In this document: piece after piece, positions 1-11,649 of the stretch
How positions within the stretch are numbered: the stretch's first letter is position 1
How the letters are laid out: every line of letters starts with the position of its first letter
Source: Coriobacteriia bacterium
GTDB lineage: Bacteria; Actinomycetota; Coriobacteriia; Anaerosomatales; PALSA-660
Assembly (NCBI GenBank): GCA_025361335.1
Contig: JANYAK010000038.1
Span: 17,047-81,046 of the forward strand
Length of the DNA: 64,000 nt
Direction: 5' to 3'
The notes under the pieces: generated by a model
Told to the model about the DNA's origin: nothing
The model's database searches: none
What the model saw: only the letters and a program-made list of their open reading frames with translations
Made by a program: the position numbers and the translations under genes

Positions 1-123
1 TGCATCGAAGATCTGGTCCTGTGTCGTCCCGGTAGCCCGGACACCCTCGACCACTTTGATGGCGCTCGCGGGGTCCTGGTGGACGAAGGCCTGATAAAGG
101 CGCAGAGGTGCGTCGTCACTCAT
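1..123 (-). CDS. N-terminal part (truncated by window edge) of a probable cobalamin/B12-binding cap-domain protein
   Basis: Hand translation MSDDAPLRLYQAFVHQDPASAIKVVEGVRATGTTQDQIFDA resembles the B12-binding four-helix cap. A strong GGAGGAGG SD-like run lies upstream (~137-144). Not in the ORF track. Confidence 0.5.
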   Translation of the reverse strand, partial: MSDDAPLRLYQAFVHQDPASAIKVVEGVRATGTTQDQIFDA

Positions 124-313
124 GCTCTGCTCAAGACCTCCTCCCAGGCGTCAAGGGCGCATCGGGCCCGGTCGGGGCGCCATCGCGCGCGCGGACCGCA
201 CGCCGAGAGTATCGCACAGCCCAGTGTCCGCGAGACGCGCATCCCCGCGGGCCCGAGAACGGGTCCGCTGCCGCTCTCGCCAGCCGACGGGCGAGCGCAC
301 AGCCGGTCCCCGG

Positions 314-390
314 TGGTGGCCCCCCTGGGATTCGAACCCAGACTGGCCCGGGTTTAAGCCGGTTCCCTCTGCCGATTGGGGTAGGGGGCC
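314..390 (-). tRNA. tRNA-Leu(UAA), short variable loop
   Basis: Reverse complement folds as a cloverleaf: acceptor GGCCCCC/GGGGGCC, discriminator A, encoded CCA, T-arm CTGGG-TTCGAAT-CCCAG, anticodon loop CT-TAA-AC. Confidence 0.95.
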
Positions 391-421
391 GACCGGGTCG
401 GCAGCGGCGGACTTGACGGCG

Positions 422-1360
422 TCAGGTGCTCTCGAGCACGAGCCCATAGAGGATATCGTGCTCGCTGACTGTAGACGAATCGAGACCCGCCAGCGCCAGG
501 ATCGTCTCCAGGATGATGGCGCCGGCGACGATCACCTCGGCGCGCGCCGGGTCCATCCCGACGACGTGGCGCCTCTCGGCCAGGGGTAGCGCGGCGAGCT
601 CCTCGCGCAAGTCCGCGATGTCGCCCCCTGAGAGCCGAGAGCCGTGCACTTTGGCGGCATCGTACACGTCGAGCCCCTGCCTGACCGCGGAGAGCGTCGT
701 GCCGGTGCCGGCGAGCGTCACCAGAGTCCGCGGACGGCCGGTCAACCCCGCGAAGAAGGGACGCATCTCGTCGGCCACCCAGGCGGAGGCCGCATCCATC
801 TCCTCCGGCTTCGGCGGGTCGGTGTGCAGGAACATGTCGAGGACCCGCCGCGAGCCGACGTCTATCGATCGGGCCGCGCCGATCTCGACGTCGCGCCCAT
901 CTTCAGTGTCATGAGCACAGCCGAAGACGAGTTCTGTCGACCCTCCTCCGAGATCGGCCACCAGCACGTCGTCGTCGTCGATGGAGTTCGTCGCGCCCCG
1001 GAACGACAGGTCCGCCTCCTCCTCACCGGAGATGATGCGCGGCCGCACGCCCGTTTTCTCGATCAGGTCGAGGAATTCGTTACCGTTGCACGCGTCGCGC
1101 GCCGCCGACGTGGCGACGGCGACCACCCGGGCCGCGCCGGTCTCCTCGATGTCGCGCATGAACCCCGAGACCGCATCCGCGACTCGGCCGATCGCCACAT
1201 CCGAGAGTCGGCCGCTGCCGTGCAGTCCTTCGCCGAGATGCGTCACGGCCGTCCGGCGGACCACCTCACAGACATCGCGGCCCGACACGTCGGCGATCAG
1301 AAGACGCGTCGTGACCGTCCCGATGTCGATGGCGGCCGTGCGGTTGGCGACGCGATCCAT
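422..1360 (-). CDS. ppx: Ppx/GppA family exopolyphosphatase
   Basis: Motifs AAIDIGT..TRLLIA, ATSAARDA.N, ISGEEEA, DLGGGSTE; conserved position after DUF501. Confidence 0.93.
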   Translation of the reverse strand: MDRVANRTAAIDIGTVTTRLLIADVSGRDVCEVVRRTAVTHLGEGLHGSGRLSDVAIGRVADAVSGFMRDIEETGAARVVAVATSAARDACNGNEFLDLIEKTGVRPRIISGEEEADLSFRGATNSIDDDDVLVADLGGGSTELVFGCAHDTEDGRDVEIGAARSIDVGSRRVLDMFLHTDPPKPEEMDAASAWVADEMRPFFAGLTGRPRTLVTLAGTGTTLSAVRQGLDVYDAAKVHGSRLSGGDIADLREELAALPLAERRHVVGMDPARAEVIVAGAIILETILALAGLDSSTVSEHDILYGLVLEST

Positions 1361-1421
1361 GTGCTCCCCCGGTTCCCATGCGCCGGTGCCGTCACGATAT
1401 GCCCGGCCCGTCTTCTCGATT

Positions 1422-2021
1422 CTACCGTGCGGCAGGCCCCGTGGCTTCCAGGACCGTGCAGCGGACCTCGTCGCACGCGGAGTCTCCCCACGCCCCCTCG
1501 AGCTCGAGCAGCAGACCCTTCCCGGCCGGATCGTCGATCCCGCACAACGCCGCCGCGACCCGGGCGTGCAGGCACTTCACGGCCAGGGGGTCGGACTGTC
1601 CTGCCACGCCTACATCGCCGCAGGGGTCGTCTTCATCCCCTAAAGAGGCGCGGAACACCCGGTAGGCGTGGTCCGCCCGCCCGGCACGCTCGGCGGACAG
1701 CGGGTCCGATCGCAGTCGCGCGCTCCACCATGCCGTGGCGCCGGCCGACTCCCGGTCGGAGACCAGGGCGGCCAACTTGGGGCATGTGAGCCACAGCGCC
1801 GTGGGAAACGGGGCGCCTGTTCCGAGCCGAGGGGCGACCGCGATCACCACGGGCGATCCGGACCGGCAGCGCAGCTCCACCCGCCACGCGCCGCGAGGAG
1901 CGCGTCCCAGCTGCCGCTCGACGATAGCGCCATCGGACGCACGGGGGCGGTCTCGGATCGTGCCGCGGGCCCCGGCCCACTCGGGGAGGGTCGAGGATCC
2001 GCGGAGGGCTTCTCGGCTCAC
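1422..2021 (-). CDS. DUF501 family protein (Rv1025-like)
   Basis: C-terminal part of ORF 1422..2651: VERQLGR.PRG, PFPT.LWLTCP, VKCLHA. GTG start overlaps the ftsB stop (GTGA). Confidence 0.85.
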   Translation of the reverse strand: MSREALRGSSTLPEWAGARGTIRDRPRASDGAIVERQLGRAPRGAWRVELRCRSGSPVVIAVAPRLGTGAPFPTALWLTCPKLAALVSDRESAGATAWWSARLRSDPLSAERAGRADHAYRVFRASLGDEDDPCGDVGVAGQSDPLAVKCLHARVAAALCGIDDPAGKGLLLELEGAWGDSACDEVRCTVLEATGPAAR

Positions 2022-2617
2022 CTCACGCCGAATACGGCGTCGAGCAGCGCGGTGACCACGTCCTTGCCGCCCCGCCCCGCCTTCGGGCCGGAGGCGTGGG
2101 TGACCGGCTGTCCGCTGGCAGTGGCCGAAGGCATGACCACATACACGTTCTCCCCCGGGAGGGTGAGCCCGAGGCTCTCGCGCGCGGCCTTCTCCACCCC
2201 CTCCGGGGTCTTGAGGTCGGAGATCTCCGCGCGCAGGGACGCGTTGTTCTTCCGCAGGCTCTGATACTGCTGTTGGAGACCCGCGACGCTTCGCCCCATC
2301 TCGTACTGGACCTTGAGCGCGGGATACATCCACCAGCACAGCAGGACTATCGTTCCGACGACCGCGATGGGGGTGAGAGGGAAGCCGACTGCCCGGCGCG
2401 CGGCGCTCGACGTGGTGCGTCGCGCTCCGCGCGCCGGGCTGGCCGACGAGCGGGTCGTGCCCGATGCCGTCTGCGGCTTCCGGGGGGAGGAGGAAGCTGT
2501 CGCGCCGTTCGACTTTCGGGCGCGTACGGACGAGCCGCCGGTGCGTCCCTTCGGGGGAGTGGACGCGGTCCGACCGCTTCGCGAGGCCCCGCGCTGCGAT
2601 GACGTGCCAGATGCCAT
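2018..2617 (-). CDS. ftsB: Septum formation initiator FtsB/DivIC with basic low-complexity N-terminus
   Basis: TM helix, coiled coil, then VEKAARESLGLTLPGE motif; lies between eno/pyk and DUF501. Confidence 0.85.
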   Translation of the reverse strand: MASGTSSQRGASRSGRTASTPPKGRTGGSSVRARKSNGATASSSPRKPQTASGTTRSSASPARGARRTTSSAARRAVGFPLTPIAVVGTIVLLCWWMYPALKVQYEMGRSVAGLQQQYQSLRKNNASLRAEISDLKTPEGVEKAARESLGLTLPGENVYVVMPSATASGQPVTHASGPKAGRGGKDVVTALLDAVFGVR

Positions 2618-2707
2618 GGCGTGGTGGTCCTGTGTGAAGGCCCGCGAACATGTCAGGTGCCGCGACCCGCCGCGGCGAGGAGCCTGAAGTCGCGCTCCTC
2701 GCGGAAC

Positions 2708-2716
2708 ATCATACCA
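2708..2716 (-). promoter_or_regulatory. Extended -10 element (TGGTATGAT) for ftsB-DUF501-ppx
   Basis: TGnTATGAT lies about 90 nt upstream of the ftsB ATG and is followed by a 9-bp hairpin (2675-2702). Confidence 0.5.
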
Positions 2717-2725
2717 CCGGCCGTC

Positions 2726-2752
2726 AAACAATCGACCTCAACACGAGGTCGA
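2726..2752 (-). terminator. Intrinsic terminator after pyk
   Basis: Perfect 8-bp inverted repeat TCGACCTC-N5-GAGGTCGA followed by TTGTTT on the minus strand. Confidence 0.6.
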
Positions 2753-2778
2753 GGCGACACGCAGGCACCGAGCAGGCG

Positions 2779-4179
2779 TCATACGTGGAGGACGCGGACC
2801 AGGTCGGTCGTCCCCGGGCGGTTGAGAGCGACGCCGGCGGTCAGCGCCACCAAGTCGCCGGGCCGGGCCACTCCGGTGGCGCGAGCCACCTCGACCGCGG
2901 AGGCGGCCATCTCCTCGAGCGTCGTCGGCGCGGGCACCACATGCGGGTACACACCCCACACGAGCGCCAGCTGGCGCGCGACTGCCGGATCCGGGGTCAT
3001 CGCCACCACCGGGACGCGCGGACGGTGAGCGGCGACCGCCCGTGGGGTGCCCCCGGACTCGGTCGCCGTCACCACTGCTGCGAGGTCGAGGTCCGAGGCA
3101 AGTGAGCACACGGCGGCGCTCACGGCCCGCGTCACGTCGTCTCTGGCGGCCACCACGCCCGGCCTCGCCGACGCTGGCGGCCCGTACTCCTCGGCGGTCA
3201 CGCAGATGCGCGCCATCGTCTCCACCGCCTCGAGCGGATGCTCGCCCACAGCCGTCTCAGCGGAGAGCATGACCGCGTCGACGCCCTCGAAGACCGCGTT
3301 CGCCACGTCGGAGGCCTCGGCGCGCGTGGGCCGCGTGAAGTGGATCATCGATTCGAGCATCTGGGTGGCCACGATGACCGGTTTGCCGCTCGCACGGCAT
3401 GCCGCGACGATGGCGCGCTGGACCACCGGGACCTCCTCAGGGGAGGTCTCCACCCCCAGGTCTCCGCGGGCCACCATGACGGCGTCGGCCGCCTGCACGA
3501 TCCCGTCGATGTCGCTCGCGGCTTCGTGTTTCTCGATCTTGGCGACGATGGGCAGGCGGGCCCCTCCCATCGCGCCGCGCAGGCGACGGACATCGTCGCC
3601 CGACCGCACGAACGACTGCGCGATCAGGTCCACGCCCGCCGCGATCGCCCACTCGAGGTCGTCGATGTCCTTCGGCGTTATCGCATCCACGCGCAGCCGC
3701 ACCCCCGGCACGTTCACGCCCTTGTGGCTGCCCAGTGGGCCTCCGACCAACACCGTGGTGTCGACGCGACCCGGTGCGGTGGCCGTGACCCGCAACTCGA
3801 TCCGGCCATCGTCGATCAGGATGCGGTCACCGACTGACACGTCGTCAGCGAGGCCGTCATGGTTCACGTGGGCCGCCGCCGCGTCTCCGGCTCCCTCGCC
3901 GGCCAGCAGGCAAAACGGAGCGCCCTCGACCATCTCGACCCCGGGAGCCACCTCTCCCACCCGCAACTTCGGGCCGCCCAGGTCGAGCATGACCGCCACG
4001 TGGCGCCCGGCGCGCTCGGCGGAGGCGCGCACCGCCGCGAGCCTGCGCTCGAGGCCCTCGCGCGAGGAGTGCGAGGCGTTCAGCCGTGCGACGTCGATAC
4101 CCGTCCCGATGAGCGTATCGAGAACTCCCGGCTCGTCGCTGGCCGGACCGATGGTCGCGATGATCTTCGTGCGTCGCAT
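2779..4179 (-). CDS. pyk: Pyruvate kinase
   Basis: MRRTKIIATIGPAS, ARLNASH, IVAKIEK, VMVARGDLGVE, ATQMLESM. Confidence 0.97.
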   Translation of the reverse strand: MRRTKIIATIGPASDEPGVLDTLIGTGIDVARLNASHSSREGLERRLAAVRASAERAGRHVAVMLDLGGPKLRVGEVAPGVEMVEGAPFCLLAGEGAGDAAAAHVNHDGLADDVSVGDRILIDDGRIELRVTATAPGRVDTTVLVGGPLGSHKGVNVPGVRLRVDAITPKDIDDLEWAIAAGVDLIAQSFVRSGDDVRRLRGAMGGARLPIVAKIEKHEAASDIDGIVQAADAVMVARGDLGVETSPEEVPVVQRAIVAACRASGKPVIVATQMLESMIHFTRPTRAEASDVANAVFEGVDAVMLSAETAVGEHPLEAVETMARICVTAEEYGPPASARPGVVAARDDVTRAVSAAVCSLASDLDLAAVVTATESGGTPRAVAAHRPRVPVVAMTPDPAVARQLALVWGVYPHVVPAPTTLEEMAASAVEVARATGVARPGDLVALTAGVALNRPGTTDLVRVLHV

Positions 4180-4301
4180 AAGGGCTCCAAGCCAGCAGCC
4201 GGAGTTCGTGCACGGTTCTGTTGGTACCCACCCATGGCTCGAGTGGGACCACTCGGGTTCGTCGCCGTTGTAGTCGAGCCCGGGGCAGCGCCTCCGTCCC
4301 G

Positions 4302-4429
4302 GGGCTTTGAGGGATGGGGTCCGCCGCGAGTCCCGCAGAAGGGGCGTCTCCACCGGATGCAGAAGGGACGCCCCATGAGGACGCCCCTTCGAGGACTGTG
4401 TGAGCGCCGGACCCCACCCCTCAAAACCC
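4302..4429 (-). other. Long intergenic stem-loop (candidate structured RNA)
   Basis: A 22-bp outer stem (4302-4323 with 4408-4429) and an inner stem (4330-4348 with 4380-4396). Confidence 0.6.
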
Positions 4430-4446
4430 GGTCCACCCAAGAAGTG

Positions 4447-6929
<2,483 letters not shown>

Positions 6930-6958
6930 CAGACCCCCGGCCGCGACGTGTCGCGACG

Positions 6959-7960
6959 CTACTTGGCGGGAGCGGTCGACGTCGCGGGCTTGGAGGCGGC
7001 CTCGACAGCCTTCTTGAGAGCGGCGTCGAATATCTCGACCTCCGCTTTCCCGCGGAGCTTGTCTATGTACGCGGTGAACTGGTCCGTGCCGCCCCGCTGG
7101 GACAGGGTCGCGTTGATCTGCGCCTTCACCTGATCGAGCGTGCGCTGGACCGGCGCCTTGTTCTCCAGCAGCTTGATGATGTGCCAACCGAACTGGGTCT
7201 GCACGAGCCGGACCTCGTTCGGCTTCATCTCGGTCACGGCCTTGGAGAACTCCGCCACGTATCGGGAGGCGGGCGCCCATCCGAGATCGCCGGCCTTGTC
7301 CTTGCTCGCCGGGTCGATGGAGAACTGCTTGGCCAGCACCTTGAAGTCCCCGCCCTTCTGCGCTTGGGCGAAGATGTCCTGAGCGATGGCCTTGTCCTTC
7401 GTGGCGACCAGGACGTGGGCGGCGTGCACCTGAGCGGGCTGCAGGAACATCGCGGTGTTGGCGTCGTAGTACGCCTTGACCTCGTCATTCGAGGGGACGG
7501 TCTCTTTGGCGATCTTCTTCGTGACGGCGTCCACCATGAGGCGGCTCTGGACGCTCGACTTGAGCTGGTCCTGCGTCACGCCCGACTGCTTCATCGCGTC
7601 GTCGAGGCCCTTCTTGCCCCCGTACTGGGTCTGCAGCTGGGTGAGGTAGTCGTTGACCTGCTTGTCGGTCGGCTCGACCTTGAGCCGCTTGGCCTCTTGC
7701 TTCACGAGCTCCAACTGGATGAGGCTCTCGAGGATCTTGGCCTTGAACTCGGCCTCGCGCGCCTTGGCGTCGGCGCCGGTGAACGTCTGCGGCGACGACT
7801 TCTTCATCTGGTCGAACTGTTCCTGCATCGCGGACAGCTTGATGGGCTCGCCGTTGACGCGCGCGACAACGTCGGCATTCGTGCAGCCGACGATGCCTGT
7901 CGCGGCGAGCAGGATGATTCCCACGAGGAGGGGGGCGACAAAACGTGACCGGATCTTCAT
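6959..7960 (-). CDS. prsA: PrsA/SurA-type parvulin peptidyl-prolyl isomerase lipoprotein
   Basis: Lipobox IVGC, VARVNGE, HAAHVLV, LAKQFSID..GDLGW, QFGWHIIK. Confidence 0.88.
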   Translation of the reverse strand: MKIRSRFVAPLLVGIILLAATGIVGCTNADVVARVNGEPIKLSAMQEQFDQMKKSSPQTFTGADAKAREAEFKAKILESLIQLELVKQEAKRLKVEPTDKQVNDYLTQLQTQYGGKKGLDDAMKQSGVTQDQLKSSVQSRLMVDAVTKKIAKETVPSNDEVKAYYDANTAMFLQPAQVHAAHVLVATKDKAIAQDIFAQAQKGGDFKVLAKQFSIDPASKDKAGDLGWAPASRYVAEFSKAVTEMKPNEVRLVQTQFGWHIIKLLENKAPVQRTLDQVKAQINATLSQRGGTDQFTAYIDKLRGKAEVEIFDAALKKAVEAASKPATSTAPAK

Positions 7961-7991
7961 TCGGACTTCCTCCGTGTCGCGCGTGAGCAGG

Positions 7992-10900
7992 TCACGCGGG
8001 TGCGGGTGCAGTGACTGCGAGTATAGCATCCAAGGTGCGCAGGACCGCCGTCACCACGGATTCTCCATACGTGAGCGGCAGCTGGAGCCGCTGGTCGCGT
8101 TCGACGTACACGGCCCCCAGCGTGGCGAGCTTGCCCCGCTCCTCCGAGCCGAGCGCGATGGGCGAGACCGCGACGCGGTTGCGGGTGACGGCCACGTTGG
8201 TGACTCCGAGCTGCGCCGCGAGCGCTCGGGCCCGGGCGATGCCGACGATGTTGGAGGCCGCCTCGGGCATCGCCCCGTACTTCTCGGAGATCTCGGCGCC
8301 GATGGCGACAGCCACCTCGGGCGTGACGGCAGCGGCGAGCCGACGGTAATAGCGCACCCGCTCGTCGACCTGTGTGACGTACTCCTCGGGCAGGAACGCC
8401 GGCGCCGGCACGTCGACACGGACGTCGGTGTGCGCGGGCAGGGCCTCCCCGCGCGCCTCGGCGACGGCCTCGCGCAACATGTCGGCGTACAGGTCGAAGC
8501 CGACCGCCGAGAGGTTGCCGGACTGCTCGGCGCCCAGCAGGGAGCCGGCGCCGCGTATCTCGAGGTCCTTCAGCGCGATCTTGATCCCGCTGCCGAGCTC
8601 GGTGAACTCGGCCATGGCGGTGAGCCGCTCGACGGCCTGCTCGGTGAGCGCCTTGCCGCGTCCCACCAGGAAGTACGCGAACGCGCGCACGTGGCTGCGG
8701 CCCACCCGCCCCTTGAGCTGGTAGAGCTGAGCGAGCCCCAGCCGTTCTGAGTCCTCGATGACCAGGGTGTTGGTGTGCGGGTTGTCGATGCCGCTCTCGA
8801 TGATGGTGGTCGCTACGAGCACGTCGACCTGTCCGGCCGCGAAACTCTCCATCACGCGCTCGAGCTGGTGCTCGCTCATCTGGCCGTGCGCCACGCGGAT
8901 GCGCGCTTCGGGGACCATCTCGCTCACGCGGCGCGACGCCTCGTCTATGGTCATGACGCGGTTGAATACGTAGTAGACCTGGCCTCCGCGCTCGAGCTCG
9001 CGACGTATGGCCGCCTGCACGAGGTCGTGGTCGAACTCTCCCACGTGCACCCGCACCGGGAACCGGTTGGGCGGCGGCGTGTCGATCACTGACATCTCGC
9101 GCACTCCCGACAGCGCCATCTGCAGCGTACGCGGGATGGGCGTGGCCGACATCGCGAGCACATCGACCTGCTCGCGGAGGTTCTTCATGTGTTCCTTGTG
9201 CTGGACGCCGAACCGCTGCTCCTCGTCCACGATGATGAGGCCGAGGTCGTACGGCGTGACGTCCCGCGACAGCAGTCGATGCGTGCCGACGAGGATATCG
9301 ACGCTCTTGTCGGCGAACCCCGCCAGCGCGGCGTCTTGCTGGGCCTTCGACCGGAAGCGTGACAGGACCTCCACCCTGACAGGGAACGGCGCGAACCGGT
9401 CCGAGAAGGTCGTGAAGTGCTGCTGCGCGAGGATCGTCGTCGGACACAGCACCATGACCTGCTTGCCGTCCTGAGTGGCTTTGAACGCGGCCCGGATGGC
9501 GACCTCCGTCTTGCCGTAGCCGACGTCGCCGCACACCAGCCGGTCCATCGGCTTGTCGGCCTCCATGTCGGCCTTGACGTCGGCGATCGCGGCGAGCTGA
9601 TCGGGCGTCTCCACGTACGGGAACGCGGCTTCCATCTCGGCCTGCCACGGCGTGTCCGGTCCGAACGCGTAGCCCAGGGTCGTCGCGCGGCGGGCGTACA
9701 GGTCCACAAGGTCGAACGCGAGCTTGCGCGCCGCCGTCCGGGCCTTCGTGGTCGCGCGGCTCCAGTCCGCCGTGTTGAGACGCGTGACCCGCGGAGCTGA
9801 GGCGTCGGAGCCGACGTACTTGGTCACGCGGTCGAGCTGCTCGACAGGCACGAACAGCTTGTCGCCCTTCGCGTACTCCAAGTGCAGGTAGTCGCGCGCC
9901 GACCCCAGGACCTCCCGGCGAACGACATCCCGGAACAGCGCGATGCCGTGGGTCGCGTGCACCACGTAGTCGCCGGGCTTGAACTCGAAGGTGAGCAGGG
10001 TCGGGTCCGAGGTGGGGCTCTTCCGGATCGACCGGGGGAAGGCGTCATCCACGCTCACCACGGCCAGCCGCGCGTCGGGGATGACGTACCCGGCCGGGAC
10101 GTCAGCCACGGCCATGTGCACGACACGCTCCGCAAGCCCGCTGGGGGCGTCAGCGACGGTCCCCGGCTCGGCGTGCGGGGCGCCGGAATAGGTCACGACC
10201 GGCAGTCCCGCGTCGGCGAGCGAGGCGATGAGCGTCTCGCGCTGCCGCCTGTCATGCGAGGCGACCACGACGCGGAACCCGGCCTCGAGAAGCGACCGAA
10301 GACCCGCGACGGTCTTGGACTCCCCGCCAGCCACCTCGGGACGGCGGCCGGCGAGCTCTCCGTCGACCGCTCCCCCCGTGCGCAGCAGGGATAACAGGGT
10401 GAGCCGCTGTCGCCCGCCCAGGTCGACGTCTGCGGGCGACAGGAAGTAGCGGTCCGCGTCGAATCCGGCGGTGTGCGCGGCGGTCTCGGCCTCTTCCAGA
10501 TGACGCACGGTGTCGTCGAAGAGGGCACGCGGCTCCACCACGACCACAAGGACACCCTTGGCGATGTAGTCGGTCGCGACGCCCATGTCCTTGTAGATGC
10601 GCGGCATGTACGCCTCGACGCCGTTGAAGTACACGCCCTGCTCCAGAAGCTCAAGGTCGTGCGCCATCCACGGATCGGTCAGCGACTGCTCCTTGATCTC
10701 GCGGAACGCCGAGCGATAGCTGTGCGCCACGTCCTTGGCGATGCTGTTGGAGAGGCGCAGCTCCCTGCAGGGATAGACCTCCGTCTCGCCCGCATCTCCC
10801 ACCGTCTGGCTCGTGCCGGGCACGTAGCGACGCAGCGTCTCGATCTCGTCGCCGAACAGCTCGGCCCTGACCGGAGAGTGTCCGTCGGACGGAAATACAT

Positions 10901-11450
10901 CCAGCACTCCACCGCGCACGGCGAAACGGCCGGGCTCGTCAGCCACATCGACGCGCTCGTAGCCCATGAGTGCGAGGCGCTCCGTCGCTTCGACGAGGTC
11001 GAGCGTGGCGCCCGCGCGAAGCACCAGCGGCTCATATGTCTCGGGTGCGCTGCGAGGAGCGACGAAGCGCATCAGCGACCGCGCCGAGGCCACCACGACG
11101 AGAGGGCGGCTCTCCTGGAGCGCGTGCAGCGCTCGCGCGCGCCGGCCGGCGATCTCGGGACGCGCCGGCTCTCGCGACCATGGCCACGTGGCCGGCATGG
11201 GCAATGTGAGCACTCGATCGAGGGGGAGGTACGCGGCGAGCTGGCGCGCGAAACGATCGGCGGCCTCGGCGCCCGAGACGACGACGAGCGTGGCGCGAGG
11301 GTCGGCACGGAAGTTCGCCGCGACGGTCAGGGGGCGCACCCCCGCGGGAGCGGCCAGCGTGAAGTCCGAACCGCCCGCGAGCGCCTCGCGGGCATGCGCG
11401 TATCCCGGCGCGCACTCGAGCCGGGCCGAGAGGTCTGCGAGAAGCGACAT
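7992..11450 (-). CDS. mfd: Transcription-repair coupling factor
   Basis: GDYVVHATHGI, CGDVGYGKTEVA, DEEQRFGV, QLKGRVGRS, DLEIRGAG. Confidence 0.98.
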   Translation of the reverse strand: MSLLADLSARLECAPGYAHAREALAGGSDFTLAAPAGVRPLTVAANFRADPRATLVVVSGAEAADRFARQLAAYLPLDRVLTLPMPATWPWSREPARPEIAGRRARALHALQESRPLVVVASARSLMRFVAPRSAPETYEPLVLRAGATLDLVEATERLALMGYERVDVADEPGRFAVRGGVLDVFPSDGHSPVRAELFGDEIETLRRYVPGTSQTVGDAGETEVYPCRELRLSNSIAKDVAHSYRSAFREIKEQSLTDPWMAHDLELLEQGVYFNGVEAYMPRIYKDMGVATDYIAKGVLVVVVEPRALFDDTVRHLEEAETAAHTAGFDADRYFLSPADVDLGGRQRLTLLSLLRTGGAVDGELAGRRPEVAGGESKTVAGLRSLLEAGFRVVVASHDRRQRETLIASLADAGLPVVTYSGAPHAEPGTVADAPSGLAERVVHMAVADVPAGYVIPDARLAVVSVDDAFPRSIRKSPTSDPTLLTFEFKPGDYVVHATHGIALFRDVVRREVLGSARDYLHLEYAKGDKLFVPVEQLDRVTKYVGSDASAPRVTRLNTADWSRATTKARTAARKLAFDLVDLYARRATTLGYAFGPDTPWQAEMEAAFPYVETPDQLAAIADVKADMEADKPMDRLVCGDVGYGKTEVAIRAAFKATQDGKQVMVLCPTTILAQQHFTTFSDRFAPFPVRVEVLSRFRSKAQQDAALAGFADKSVDILVGTHRLLSRDVTPYDLGLIIVDEEQRFGVQHKEHMKNLREQVDVLAMSATPIPRTLQMALSGVREMSVIDTPPPNRFPVRVHVGEFDHDLVQAAIRRELERGGQVYYVFNRVMTIDEASRRVSEMVPEARIRVAHGQMSEHQLERVMESFAAGQVDVLVATTIIESGIDNPHTNTLVIEDSERLGLAQLYQLKGRVGRSHVRAFAYFLVGRGKALTEQAVERLTAMAEFTELGSGIKIALKDLEIRGAGSLLGAEQSGNLSAVGFDLYADMLREAVAEARGEALPAHTDVRVDVPAPAFLPEEYVTQVDERVRYYRRLAAAVTPEVAVAIGAEISEKYGAMPEAASNIVGIARARALAAQLGVTNVAVTRNRVAVSPIALGSEERGKLATLGAVYVERDQRLQLPLTYGESVVTAVLRTLDAILAVTAPAPA

Positions 11451-11649
11451 GGAGAGGGACCTTTCACGGCGACGTGCGGGTCTCACGCGGGACTGGGCGA
11501 TGTCGGTCGTACCAGCACAACGGCCCCGCGCCGGATACCGGGGCGGGGTGTGGTTGCGGGTGGAGGGTACGCCGCGCCAGCGACGGGGTCAAACCGGCCA
11601 CGCCGGGCGGGCAGGAGCGCGGGCGGGCGGATGACAGGCGTGGCTCGCC

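Noticed and set aside
124-313. Integrative element att site at the tRNA 3' end
   Set aside because: No integrase or duplicated tRNA 3' end is visible; the next gene looks metabolic and the window ends there.
4195-4225. GCCGGAG...GCACGGTTCTG resembling group II intron domain V or an attC site
   Set aside because: The catalytic-triad helix geometry is incomplete, and there is no RT/maturase, integrase or cassette array nearby.
4302-4429. 6S RNA or SRP RNA identity for the eno-pyk hairpin
   Set aside because: It has no large central bubble and no SRP CAGG/GNRA/AGCA motif. I kept it only as an unassigned structure.
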